NCBI GenBank assembly: GCA_035308445.1
Contig: DATGGQ010000029.1
Coordinates: 33,244-97,243 of the forward strand
DNA: 64,000 bases
Direction: 5' to 3'
Source of the DNA: Candidatus Limnocylindrales bacterium
GTDB taxonomy: Bacteria; Chloroflexota; Limnocylindria; Limnocylindrales; CSP1-4
Below the pieces are notes generated by a model. The model did not search any database, was not told the DNA's origin, and saw only the letters and a program-made list of their open reading frames with translations. This document shows positions 17,346-26,534 of the stretch, piece after piece. Position numbers and translations under genes: made by a program. Positions within the stretch are counted from its first letter, which is position 1. The number at the start of each line of letters is the position of its first letter.

Positions 17346-18517
17346 CCGCGATCCGGCCCGGGATCGCGGGTGCGCCGCCCGAATCGATCGTGGCGTGGCT
17401 CGCCGAGCGGGCCGAACCGGCGTACCGGGCCGGCCAGATCATGGACGCCGTCTGGCGAAGCGACGCAGGGTCGGCCGCAGACGTCAAGGTCCTGCCCGCC
17501 GACCTGCGCGAAGCGGTCGACGAGGACTGGAGATGGCAGACCATCGACGCGACGGAGCGGGTCGTGAGCGACGGCGGCGCCACCGAGAAGTTCCTCCACC
17601 GGCTGTCGGACGGGACCGCGATCGAATCGGTCCTCATGCACTATCCGGCGGCGCCTGGGCGGCGCGAGCGCCACACCCTCTGCATCTCCAGCCAGGCCGG
17701 CTGCGCCGTCGGCTGCCCGTTCTGCGCCACGGGTGAGCTCGGCTTCGGCCGCGACCTCGCAACGGCCGAGATCGTCGACCAGGTCCGGTCCGCGGCCAGG
17801 ATCCTCGCGGCCGACGGCCGGCGCCTCACGAACATCGTGTTCATGGGGATGGGCGAGCCACTGTTGAACCTCGACCGGGTCCTCGAGGCCGTCGCCGCGC
17901 TCAACGACCCGAAGCGGTTCGGCCTCGGGGCCCGCCATATCACGGTCTCGACCTCTGGCGTGGTCCCGGGCGTCCGGCGCCTGACGGCGCTCGGGCCGCA
18001 GTTCACGCTCGCCGTCAGCCTGCACGCCGCCCGCGACCCGCTCCGCGACGTGCTCGTGCCGCTCAACCGGCGCTGGCCGGTGGCCGAGGTCGTCGCGGCC
18101 GCGCGTGACCATGCCCGCGCCACGGGCCGGCGCGTGAGCTACGAGGTCACGATGATCGACGGCGTGAACGACACCGACGTCGACGCCGACGCGATGGCCG
18201 GGCTGCTCGCGGGCGACCTCGTCCATGTCAACCTGATCCCGATGAATCCCGTCGCCCATACACCATGGACGGCGAGCCCGATGCCGGTCATCGAGCGGTT
18301 CGCCGCTCGTCTCGAGGCGAGGGGCATCCCGGTCACGATCCGGCGCAACCGCGGCCAGGAGGTCGGGGCGGCGTGCGGCCAGCTCGCCGCCCAACGCGCG
18401 GGCGAGCCGCCGGCGCCGGCCGTCGCCCGACGTCGCCGGCTGCTGGAGACCGCGAGCGCGGCCGCCCTCCGCGGCGAACGGAGCCACGATCCGATGCCGG
18501 CGGGCGTGGACGAATGA
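17342..18517 (+). CDS. rlmN: 23S rRNA/tRNA m2A methyltransferase RlmN (radical SAM)
   Basis: CISSQAGCAVGCPFCATG radical-SAM cluster motif and GMGEPLLN. The upstream part of track ORF 16277..18517 is read-through over fmt. Confidence 0.9.
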   Translation: MTAIRPGIAGAPPESIVAWLAERAEPAYRAGQIMDAVWRSDAGSAADVKVLPADLREAVDEDWRWQTIDATERVVSDGGATEKFLHRLSDGTAIESVLMHYPAAPGRRERHTLCISSQAGCAVGCPFCATGELGFGRDLATAEIVDQVRSAARILAADGRRLTNIVFMGMGEPLLNLDRVLEAVAALNDPKRFGLGARHITVSTSGVVPGVRRLTALGPQFTLAVSLHAARDPLRDVLVPLNRRWPVAEVVAAARDHARATGRRVSYEVTMIDGVNDTDVDADAMAGLLAGDLVHVNLIPMNPVAHTPWTASPMPVIERFAARLEARGIPVTIRRNRGQEVGAACGQLAAQRAGEPPAPAVARRRRLLETASAAALRGERSHDPMPAGVDE

Positions 18518-19521
18518 GCCCGACAGCGCCTCGGGCCGCGGCGCGGCGGCAGTGCCGGAGTCGCTCCGCCCCCGGAGCGACTCCGGGCCGAGCCCGGATC
18601 GCGGCGAGCATCCTCGACGCCGACCTCGGCAACCTCGCCCATGCCGTGAGCCGGGCCGAGCGCGAGGGCGCCGACCGCATCCATCTCGACGTCATGGATG
18701 GCCACTTCGTCCCGAACCTGACCTTCGGGCCGAAGACCATCGAGGCGCTCCGGCGGCGCACGCAGATCCCGTTCGATGCCCACCTGATGATCGCCAACCC
18801 GGGCCGATTCATCGACGAGTACCTCGACGCCGGCTGCGACTCGGTGACGATCCACGTCGAGGTCGACGAGCCGATCGAGCCGACCCTGCGAGCGATCCGC
18901 GCGGCCGGCCGGGCCGCCGGGCTGTGCGTGAAGCCGAAGACGCCGCTGACCGCTCTCGAGCCCTATCGCGAGCTCCTCGACATCGTCATGGTCATGACCG
19001 TCGAGCCGGGGTTCGGTGGCCAGGCCTTCATGGCCGACGTCGCCCGGGCCAAGCTCCTCGAGGCTCGGTCGTACCTCGCCCACAAGCTCCATGGCGCCGA
19101 GGTCCACGTCGATGGTGGCGTGAACCGGGAGACGGCCGAGCTGTGCGGCAGCCTCGGCGTCGACATCCTCGTCGTCGGCTCGGCCCTGTGGCTGAAGGGT
19201 CGCGACATGGCCCGCGAGATCCGCCTGGTCCGGTCGCTCGCGGACGAGGGCTACCAGTACGGCCTCAACGGCGGCGAGCCGCCCGCGCCCCGCGATCGGA
19301 TGGTGCTCTTCGGGACGTTCTCGAGGTCGGCGGCTCGAGCGCTCCGCATCGAGATCGAGGCAGCCGGCATCCCGGTCCTCCTGTTCCGCTCGGCCGACGA
19401 TCCGGCCGATCTGGACGACGACGCCCGGCGCTGGGACCTGCTCGTGCCAGCCTCGTCACAGGCCGCGGCGAAGGCCCGCTTCGGCCATCGGGGTGGCGCG
19501 CCGGCCGCGCGCCGGTCCTGA
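18514..19521 (+). CDS. rpe: Ribulose-phosphate 3-epimerase with an unusual ~90-aa C-terminal extension
   Basis: Rpe core IAASILDADLGNL...HLDVMDGHFVPNLTFG...DAHLMI...MTVEPGFGGQAF...VDGGVN. The ORF continues in frame for about 90 residues past the usual Rpe end (...YGLNGGEPPAPRDRMVLFGTFSRS...). Confidence 0.8.
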   Translation: MSPTAPRAAARRQCRSRSAPGATPGRARIAASILDADLGNLAHAVSRAEREGADRIHLDVMDGHFVPNLTFGPKTIEALRRRTQIPFDAHLMIANPGRFIDEYLDAGCDSVTIHVEVDEPIEPTLRAIRAAGRAAGLCVKPKTPLTALEPYRELLDIVMVMTVEPGFGGQAFMADVARAKLLEARSYLAHKLHGAEVHVDGGVNRETAELCGSLGVDILVVGSALWLKGRDMAREIRLVRSLADEGYQYGLNGGEPPAPRDRMVLFGTFSRSAARALRIEIEAAGIPVLLFRSADDPADLDDDARRWDLLVPASSQAAAKARFGHRGGAPAARRS

Positions 19522-19547
19522 GCCCCCGCCCAACCAAGGACGCCCGG

Positions 19548-19997
19548 ATGCGCGCGCTCCTGCAGCGGGTGACGAGCGCGTCGGTCAGCGTCGACGACGC
19601 GGAGATGGCGCGGATCGGACCGGGGCTGCTCGTCCTCGTCGGGGTCGGGCACACCGATGACGAGGCGACCGCGGTCGACCTGGCCCGGAAGGTCGCAGAG
19701 CTCCGGATCTTCGCCGACGAGGCCGGCCGCACGAACCGGTCGCTCCTGGACGTCGGTGGCGGCGCGCTCGTCGTAAGCCAGTTCACCCTCTTTGCCGACA
19801 CCCGTCGCGGGCGACGACCGGGGTTCACCGCCGCTGCGGGCCCCGACCAGGCCGAGGCGCTCTACCTGCGGTTCGCCGCGGCCCTGGGGGAGGCGGGCGT
19901 CGCCGAGGTCGGGCACGGCGTCTTCGGGGCGGAGATGCTCGTGGAGCTCGCGAACGACGGCCCGTTCACGGTCTGGCTGGATACCGAGGCCCCCTGA
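19548..19997 (+). CDS. dtd: D-aminoacyl-tRNA deacylase
   Basis: MRALLQRV...SQFTLFAD...GFTAAA...FGAEMLVELANDGPFTVWLD; SD AAGGA. The track ORF 18552..19997 is read-through. Confidence 0.9.
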   Translation: MRALLQRVTSASVSVDDAEMARIGPGLLVLVGVGHTDDEATAVDLARKVAELRIFADEAGRTNRSLLDVGGGALVVSQFTLFADTRRGRRPGFTAAAGPDQAEALYLRFAAALGEAGVAEVGHGVFGAEMLVELANDGPFTVWLDTEAP

Positions 19998-20019
19998 GGA
20001 GCCCCGCGAACGCTGGCCC

Positions 20020-20040
20020 GGCCCGCGGACCTAGCGGGCC
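20020..20040. terminator. Hairpin GGCCCGC-ggaccta-GCGGGCC between the convergent dtd and rpmB genes
   Basis: Perfect 7-bp stem read in the sequence; overlaps the rpmB stop; no U-tract. Confidence 0.3.
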
Positions 20041-20228
20041 TGCTTCATCTCCGTGCGGCGGCAGCGGGTGCAGACCAGCGCCTTCGTCGCGACGCCGTCG
20101 CGAACGATCGTGAACGACTGCAGGTTGGGCTGGTAGCGCCGATGGGCACGGACGCGGTTGGAGCCCGATGACTGGGGGTTGAAGCCACCCATCGAGACCT
20201 TGCCGCAGATCGCGCAGGAACGAGCCAT
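20031..20228 (-). CDS. rpmB: 50S ribosomal protein L28
   Basis: MARSCAICGK...NRVRAHRRYQPNLQ; SD GAGGA. The track ORF extends upstream of the likely ATG. Confidence 0.85.
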   Translation of the reverse strand: MARSCAICGKVSMGGFNPQSSGSNRVRAHRRYQPNLQSFTIVRDGVATKALVCTRCRRTEMKQAR

Positions 20229-20290
20229 GAGGGGTCCTCGGAACACGAGATCGAACGGGGAGAAGGGCCGGTTGGGCACCGGCGGGGCGG

Positions 20291-20297
20291 TACGATA
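20291..20297. promoter_or_regulatory. TACGAT / (reverse) TATCGT -10-like box in the divergent rpmB / asp23 intergenic region
   Basis: GGTACGATACCACGC; only AT-rich spot in the spacer. Confidence 0.25.
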
Positions 20298-20357
20298 CCA
20301 CGCAATCCCGACGGCCCGCGAGGACGGACCGATCGGTCCGACGAGGGAGCTGCCCGC

Positions 20358-20750
20358 TTGCCCGACGATCCCAGACCCGGCCGCGCCCTCGTGACCCGGC
20401 GCGCGATCGCCGACATCGTCCGCGGCGCGACGCTCCAGGCGTATGGGATCACCGGCTTCGCGGGCGGCGTGGCCCCCCGTGGCCTGCGAATCTCACTTCG
20501 GGGCGGCGGGCTGAGGATCTCGCTCCGGCTCAACGTCGCGAGCGGCCTGCCAATCGCCGAGGTGGCTCGGCAGCTCGACGCCTCGATCCGCCAGGAGATC
20601 CGGCACGCCCTCGGCCGGGAGGTCGATGCCCTGACGATCAAGGTCGCGCATCTCGAGGCGCATCCCGGCGGAACGCCACCGACGGCCCGGAAGCCGCGGG
20701 GCGCGATCGGCCCGACCGAGCTCGCCGGCAGCGGGACGGACGTGGCCTGA
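20358..20750 (+). CDS. Asp23/Gls24 (alkaline-shock, DUF322) family protein, YloU-like
   Basis: Asp23 fold signature with ITGF motif. Contains a small internal tandem duplication encoding GLRISLRGG-GLRISLRL. Pairs with the following DAK2 gene as yloU-yloV does. Confidence 0.75.
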   Translation: MPDDPRPGRALVTRRAIADIVRGATLQAYGITGFAGGVAPRGLRISLRGGGLRISLRLNVASGLPIAEVARQLDASIRQEIRHALGREVDALTIKVAHLEAHPGGTPPTARKPRGAIGPTELAGSGTDVA

Positions 20751-22528
20751 TGGCCCACCGGGCCTGCAACGGCGCGGGGCTCCTCGGTGCGTTCCGGGCG
20801 GCCGTCGCGAACCTCGAGGCCCACGTCGACGAGGTCAACGCGTTGAACGTCTTCCCAGTCCCCGACGGCGACACCGGCTCGAACATGCTGGCGACCGTCC
20901 GGGCTGCCCTCGCCGAGGCCGAGTCGCTCGGGCCGGACGCGCCGGCCGAGCGGGTCGCGGCGGCCGCGGCGTTCGGGGCGCTGATGGGCGCCCGTGGGAA
21001 CTCCGGGGTGATCACCAGCCAGATCCTGCGCGGCATCTCGGAGGGGCTGTCCGGCAAGGCACGGTTCAACACCCTCGACCTGGCAAGCGCGCTGGATGGC
21101 GGGACGAAGGCGGCCTACGGCGCCGTCGCGAAGCCGGTCGAAGGGACGATCCTCACGGTGGTCCGGGAGGCCTCGGACGCGGCCGTGAAGGCGGCGGAAC
21201 GCGAGCCCGATCTCGACGCGGTGCTGGCGGCGGCGGTCACCGCCGCAAAGCAGGCCGTCGCGAAGACGCCCAGCCTCCTCGCGATCCTGAAGGAGGCCGG
21301 GGTCGTCGATTCGGGCGGGCAGGGCCTGTTCCGGCTGTTCGAGGGCGCCCAGCGGTTCGTGCACGGCGAGGCCGGCCGCGGCATCACCGGCTTCGAGCCC
21401 GCGCCGATCCAGACACCGGCGGTAGCGGCGTCCTTCGCGCCGGCCGCGGCGACCGACGCCGAGGCGGGCGCCTTCGGCTTCGAGACGATGTTCGTGGCGA
21501 CGGCCCGTCCAGGCGAGACGCTCGACGTCGACGCGATTCGGGCCCACATCGACTCGATCGGCGAATCGGTCCTCGTGGCCGGCGATCGGCACGCGGTCAA
21601 GGTCCACGTCCATAACGAGCGGCCGGATCTCGTGCTCGCCTATGCGCTCGGGATCGGCGATCTCTCGAAGATCAGCGTCGAGAACCTCGACCAGCAGATC
21701 GACGCGGTTCGCGAACGACGGGCCGCGGACTTCGCCGGCTCCGCGCCGGTCGCGGGAGCGGCAACAGGAGCGTCAACAGGAGCGTCAACAGCAGGCCCCG
21801 GAGCCGCGGATGCTGGTCACGGTCCCGACGGCGGCAACGGCACGGGGCCGGCGGTGGCCGAGGCCGAGCTGGCGCCGCTCGCCGTCGTCGCGGTGGCCGC
21901 CGGCGAGGGCCTGGCCGCGATCTTCCGCGACTTCGGGGTGAGCCGGGTGGTGATCGGCGGTCAGGCCGCGAACCCGAGCACCGGCGAGCTCCTCGACGCC
22001 ATCCGGGCCGTCCACGCCCGCGAGGTCCTCGTCCTGCCGAACAACCCGAACGTCGTCCTCGCGGCCCGCCAGGTCGCGGCGATGGCGGACAGGCCCGTCC
22101 AGGTGGTGCCGACGCGGAACGCCGCCGAGGGCTTCGCCGCGCTCCTCGCTCTCGATCCCGAGCGAGACGCCGCCGACAACGTGACCGAGATGACGGCCGC
22201 GGGCCGCGGGATCCAGTCGCTATCGGTCACGGAGGCCGTCCGCGACGCGACGATCGGCGGACGGAAGGTCCGGAGGGGCCAGACGATCGCGCTGGATCCG
22301 GACGACGGGCTCGTCGCGGTGGCCGACGATCCGGCCGACGCGGTGATCGACGGCGTCCGGAGCCTGCACGAGGGCTACGAGCTGATCACGCTCTACTACG
22401 GCGACGGGGCGGACCTCGCGTCCGCGGAGGCGCTCGCCCGCCGGATCCACGAGATCGCGTCGGGCGCGGAGGTCGAGGTCGTCCATGGCGGCCAGCCGTA
22501 CTACCGCTACCTCATCTCGGCCGAGTAG
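20750..22528 (+). CDS. yloV: DAK2-domain fusion protein YloV
   Basis: N-terminal Dak2 domain (VFPVPDGDTGSNM...GARGNSGVITSQ) plus C-terminal DegV-like domain. 12-nt tandem repeat (acaggagcgtca x2) in the linker. Confidence 0.85.
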   Translation: MAHRACNGAGLLGAFRAAVANLEAHVDEVNALNVFPVPDGDTGSNMLATVRAALAEAESLGPDAPAERVAAAAAFGALMGARGNSGVITSQILRGISEGLSGKARFNTLDLASALDGGTKAAYGAVAKPVEGTILTVVREASDAAVKAAEREPDLDAVLAAAVTAAKQAVAKTPSLLAILKEAGVVDSGGQGLFRLFEGAQRFVHGEAGRGITGFEPAPIQTPAVAASFAPAAATDAEAGAFGFETMFVATARPGETLDVDAIRAHIDSIGESVLVAGDRHAVKVHVHNERPDLVLAYALGIGDLSKISVENLDQQIDAVRERRAADFAGSAPVAGAATGASTGASTAGPGAADAGHGPDGGNGTGPAVAEAELAPLAVVAVAAGEGLAAIFRDFGVSRVVIGGQAANPSTGELLDAIRAVHAREVLVLPNNPNVVLAARQVAAMADRPVQVVPTRNAAEGFAALLALDPERDAADNVTEMTAAGRGIQSLSVTEAVRDATIGGRKVRRGQTIALDPDDGLVAVADDPADAVIDGVRSLHEGYELITLYYGDGADLASAEALARRIHEIASGAEVEVVHGGQPYYRYLISAE

Positions 22529-22532
22529 GGGA

Positions 22533-24767
22533 GTGGCGGCGCCGAAGCCCTCGCCGGCATCGAAGCCCCGGCCCGTCCCGACGACGCCGGCCGAGCTCCT
22601 CGACGCGCCGATCGCCCGCTCCGGGTTGCCGGCCGCGCCGATCGTCGCGCGCGCCGGCCGGCGGATCGGCGTCTCGACGGTCCGTGACCTGCTGTTCCAC
22701 CTGCCGCGCCGGTACGACGACCTGCGGGAGATGCGACGACTCGGCGACCTGACGTGGACACCGGATGGTGAGGTCGTCTCCGCCCGGGTGGGCGTCCTGG
22801 AGCTTCGCGTCGAGCCGACGTTCCGGCGCCGTGTCCAGCGGACGATCGCCGTCCTCGAGGACGACACGGGGACGCTCACCGCCACGTGGTTCGGTCGGCG
22901 CTTCATCGAACGGCGGCTCAAGGCCGGCGACCAGGTCGTCGTCAGCGGTCGGTTGAAGCGCTTCGGGTCGCGGCTCATGCTCGACAACCCGGAGTTCCAG
23001 CGAGACGACGGCTCGGCCCTCCTGCACGCCGGCCGGATCGTGCCGGTCTACCGGCTCACCGCCGGGCTCACCGCGAACACCCTGCGTCGGACGATGCGAT
23101 CGGCGCTCGATCGGGCGGGCGACGAGTATCCCGAGTACCTCCCGGCCGAGCTCCGGGCGACGCGGTCCCTCCCGTCGATCGGCGATGCGCTCGAGGAGGC
23201 CCACTACCCGACGACGTTCGAACGCCGGGACGAAGCCCTGCGGCGGCTGGCGTTCGACGAGCTCCTCGCGCTCCAGGTCGGGATGGTGGGCCGTCGCCGG
23301 GATCGCGTCCACGAACGCGGCGCCGCGGTGACGGTCGACGATGCGGCCGACCGCCGGATTCGCGAGGCGATCGTCGCCGGTCTGCGGCACAAGGTCGGAC
23401 GCGACGTCGATCTGACCGTCGATCAGGACGCGGCGATCCGGGCGATCCGCGACGATCTCGCGCGGCCGACGCCGATGCTCCGGCTCCTCCAGGGCGACGT
23501 CGGCTCGGGCAAGACGGCGGTAGCGGCGTGGGCGCTCGCCGCGAGCGCGATGGCCGGCCGACAGGCAGCCCTGCTCGCCCCGACGGACCTCCTCGCCCGC
23601 CAGCACCAGCGAACGCTCGTGGAGCTCCTCGAGCCCCTCGGTCTGCCGGTCGAGCTGCTGACCGGCTCGCTGCGGGCCGGGGACGGCGAGCGGGTCCGGG
23701 AGCTCCTCGCGGGCGGGATGGCCCCGATCGTCGTCGGGACGCACGCCCTGATCTCGGAGTCGGTGGCCTTCGCGGACCTCGGCCTCGTGGTCATCGACGA
23801 GCAGCATCGGTTCGGCGTCGACCAGCGGTCAGCGCTGGAGGCGAAGGCCGCCGGCCGCGTCCCGCACGTCCTCCTGATGACCGCGACGCCGATCCCGCGG
23901 ACCCTCGGCCAGGTCCTGTACGCGGACCTCGACGTCGTCGACCTGCGAACGCCCCCAGCGGGCCGCATCCCGATCCGCACGGCGATCCGTGGCTCCGACG
24001 AGCTCGACCGCCTGTGGACGTTCGTCCGGGAGGAGGCGGCCCAGGGCCATCGCGCGTTCGTCGTCGTCCCGCTCATCACAGCCGATCCCGAGGCCGGGTC
24101 GGCCGACGGCGGCGAGGGCGACGCGGACGACGCCGACCTCGAAGCCTCGAGCGCGATCGCCGCCGAAGCCGAGGCCGCCAGGCTCACGGCCCTCCTGGCA
24201 CCGCTCCGGGTGGGGCTCGTCCATGGCCGGATGCGAGCCGCCGACCGGGACGCCGAGATGGCCCGGTTCCGCGACGGCGAGATCCAGGTGCTCGTCGGAA
24301 CGACCGTGGTCGAGGTTGGCGTCGACGTCCCCGAGGCGACGCTGATGATCGTCGAGGGGGCGGATCGGTTCGGCCTCGCGACCCTTCACCAGCTCCGGGG
24401 GCGGGTGGGGCGGGGGACGGCGGAGTCGTACTGCGTCCTGGTGTCCGACTCGACCGACGAGACGGCACGGGCCCGACTGCAGGCGATTCGCGACCTGCGC
24501 GACGGCTTCGAGCTTGCCGAGCGGGACTGGGAGCTGCGACGCGAAGGTGATGTCCTCGGCCTCGCCCAGAGCGGCCTGCCGCGGCTGCGGGTCGCGTCAC
24601 TCCAGCGCGAGGGCCATCGCGAGCTGGCGGTCCTCGCCCGCGAGACCGCCGAGGCGATCCTCGATGCCGATGGCCGCCTGCGACCGGGCCACGAGGCGCT
24701 GGCCCGCGAGCTGGCCCGCGGCTGGCTGGCCCGCGTGGCCGAAGCCGACCCGGCGGGGGCCGCGTGA
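22533..24767 (+). CDS. recG: ATP-dependent DNA helicase RecG
   Basis: Wedge domain, Walker A GDVGSGKT, DEQHRFGV, helicase C motifs. GTG at 22533 preceded by AGGGGAG; track start 22485 overlaps yloV. Confidence 0.9.
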   Translation: MAAPKPSPASKPRPVPTTPAELLDAPIARSGLPAAPIVARAGRRIGVSTVRDLLFHLPRRYDDLREMRRLGDLTWTPDGEVVSARVGVLELRVEPTFRRRVQRTIAVLEDDTGTLTATWFGRRFIERRLKAGDQVVVSGRLKRFGSRLMLDNPEFQRDDGSALLHAGRIVPVYRLTAGLTANTLRRTMRSALDRAGDEYPEYLPAELRATRSLPSIGDALEEAHYPTTFERRDEALRRLAFDELLALQVGMVGRRRDRVHERGAAVTVDDAADRRIREAIVAGLRHKVGRDVDLTVDQDAAIRAIRDDLARPTPMLRLLQGDVGSGKTAVAAWALAASAMAGRQAALLAPTDLLARQHQRTLVELLEPLGLPVELLTGSLRAGDGERVRELLAGGMAPIVVGTHALISESVAFADLGLVVIDEQHRFGVDQRSALEAKAAGRVPHVLLMTATPIPRTLGQVLYADLDVVDLRTPPAGRIPIRTAIRGSDELDRLWTFVREEAAQGHRAFVVVPLITADPEAGSADGGEGDADDADLEASSAIAAEAEAARLTALLAPLRVGLVHGRMRAADRDAEMARFRDGEIQVLVGTTVVEVGVDVPEATLMIVEGADRFGLATLHQLRGRVGRGTAESYCVLVSDSTDETARARLQAIRDLRDGFELAERDWELRREGDVLGLAQSGLPRLRVASLQREGHRELAVLARETAEAILDADGRLRPGHEALARELARGWLARVAEADPAGAA

Positions 24768-24788
24768 GCGGCGGCGCATGAGCGGCGC

Positions 24789-25406
24789 ATGAGCGGCGGG
24801 CCGGTGAAGGCACGTCCGCGGTCGGCCGGGCGCATCGTGGCGGGAAGTGCCCGAGGCCTTCGGCTCGAGGGCCCGCCGGGAGACACGCGGCCGATGGGCG
24901 ATCGGCTGAAGGAGGCGCTGTTCGCGATCCTCGAGCCGGCGCTCCCGGGCGCCGCCGTGCTCGATCTCTATGCCGGCAGCGGCGCCGGGGCACTGGAGGC
25001 GCTGTCGCGCGGGGCCGCCCGGGCCGTCCTCGTCGAGCGGAACGCCGGCGCGCTGGCCGCGATCACGAGGAACGTCGAGGCAACCCGGCTCGCCGGCCGG
25101 GCGACGATCCGACGGGCCGAGGTCGTGCCGTGGCTGCGGGGCCAGGCGGCGGCCGATGGGCCATTCGACGTCGTGCTGGTCGATCCGCCGTATGACGCCC
25201 CGACCGAGCTGACCGCGGCCCTGCGCGCCATCGCCGAGGCGGGACCCGGCCGGATCCTGTCGACAACCGGCACGCTCGTGGCCAAGCATCCTCGCCGCGA
25301 GGCGCTGCCGGCCCGAATCGGCCTGCTAGCATCCGCCCGCGAACGGCGCTTCGGCGAGTCCACGCTGACCTTCCTGCGCTGGGCGCCCGACCAGGAGTCC
25401 GCATGA
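24789..25406 (+). CDS. rsmD: 16S rRNA (guanine966-N2)-methyltransferase RsmD
   Basis: DLYAGSGAGALEALSRGA (SAM-binding) and DPPY motif. The start lies in an 11-nt tandem duplication that creates a 4-codon uORF. Confidence 0.85.
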   Translation: MSGGPVKARPRSAGRIVAGSARGLRLEGPPGDTRPMGDRLKEALFAILEPALPGAAVLDLYAGSGAGALEALSRGAARAVLVERNAGALAAITRNVEATRLAGRATIRRAEVVPWLRGQAAADGPFDVVLVDPPYDAPTELTAALRAIAEAGPGRILSTTGTLVAKHPRREALPARIGLLASARERRFGESTLTFLRWAPDQESA

Positions 25407-25894
25407 AGGTCGCGCTCTATCCCGGCTCGTTCGATCCGGTGACCGACGGCCACCTCGACGTCATCGCTCGCGCGCTCGCCGTGTTCGACGAGCTCGTCAT
25501 CGCGGTGCTGGCGAACCCACGCAAGAGCCCGCTCCTCGACGCCGAGGGGCGCGTCGCGGTCATCCACGACGCGCTGCGCGACGCCGGCCTGGCGGATCGG
25601 ACCCGGGTCACGACCTTCGACGGGCTCACGGTGGCGGCGGCGCACGCCAACCGGGCGACGTCGATCGTCCGTGGCCTGCGGGCCGTGTCCGACTTCGAGA
25701 CCGAGATGCAGCTGGCCCACAACAATCGGAAGCTCGCGCCCGATGTCGACACCGTCTTTTTCATGACCGCGGTCGAGCACGGGTTCGTGAGCTCGTCGCT
25801 CGTGAAGGAGATCGCCCAGCTCGGCGGGGACGTCTCGTCGATGGTCCCGGCCGCCGCGGTCCGGGCCCTCCGGGAGCGATTCGCGAGCGGCTGA
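25403..25894 (+). CDS. coaD: Phosphopantetheine adenylyltransferase
   Basis: MKVALYPGSFDPVTDGHLDVI... Confidence 0.9.
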   Translation: MKVALYPGSFDPVTDGHLDVIARALAVFDELVIAVLANPRKSPLLDAEGRVAVIHDALRDAGLADRTRVTTFDGLTVAAAHANRATSIVRGLRAVSDFETEMQLAHNNRKLAPDVDTVFFMTAVEHGFVSSSLVKEIAQLGGDVSSMVPAAAVRALRERFASG

Positions 25895-26021
25895 CGATCG
25901 CCGCTGGCCTCCCTCGCATGCCATAATCCGCGGCGACGGCAGCCCGCAGGTTCGAGGCCCTCCGCTGGACATCATCTTCCTCCTCGAGCGGCTCGAATCC
26001 CAGATCGCGACCGGCACGGCC

Positions 26022-26534
26022 GTGCCGATCACCGGCAAGGTCCTCGTCGACAAGGACGCGATCCTCGACCTCATCGACCAGCTTCGCGTGGCCATCCCCG
26101 AGGAGGTCAGCGCGGCGAAGCGCATCAACGCCGAAGGCGAGCGGATCATCGAGAAGGCCCACGACGAGTCGACCCGGATCGTGAGCCGGGCCCAGGAGCA
26201 GGCTGCGTTCCTCATCGGCGAGCGCGGCCTGACCGAGACGGCCCAGGCCGAGGGCCGCCGCATCGTCGAGCAGGCCGAGGACACCGCCGCCGGCATCCGT
26301 GGCGGCGCCGACGACTACGCCAACCAGATCCTCCAGGCGCTCGAGCAGGAGGTCGCGAAGGCGCTGGCCGGCATTCGCAAGGGGATCGAGGTCCTCGACG
26401 ATCGGAAGGCCGACCTCCGCGAGGTCGGACCCGGGGACGAGCGCAACGGATCGGATGACGCGTCCATGTACGACGCGCGGAGCGGCGCGGAGACGGACAC
26501 GCACGAGGGCAGCCGCTCGGCCGTCCCGCGGTGA
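26022..26534 (+). CDS. Hypothetical coiled-coil protein, ATP-synthase-subunit-b/FliH-like charged helical repeats; N-terminus uncertain
   Basis: In-frame protein-like sequence (LDIIFLLERLESQIATGTA) continues upstream of the first GTG with no canonical start codon. Confidence 0.45.
   Translation: MPITGKVLVDKDAILDLIDQLRVAIPEEVSAAKRINAEGERIIEKAHDESTRIVSRAQEQAAFLIGERGLTETAQAEGRRIVEQAEDTAAGIRGGADDYANQILQALEQEVAKALAGIRKGIEVLDDRKADLREVGPGDERNGSDDASMYDARSGAETDTHEGSRSAVPR

Noticed and set aside
21642-21941. Short ORF with an ERQQ repeat (QQERQQERQQQ)
   Set aside because: Out-of-frame reading of the 12-nt tandem repeat inside yloV; not a gene.
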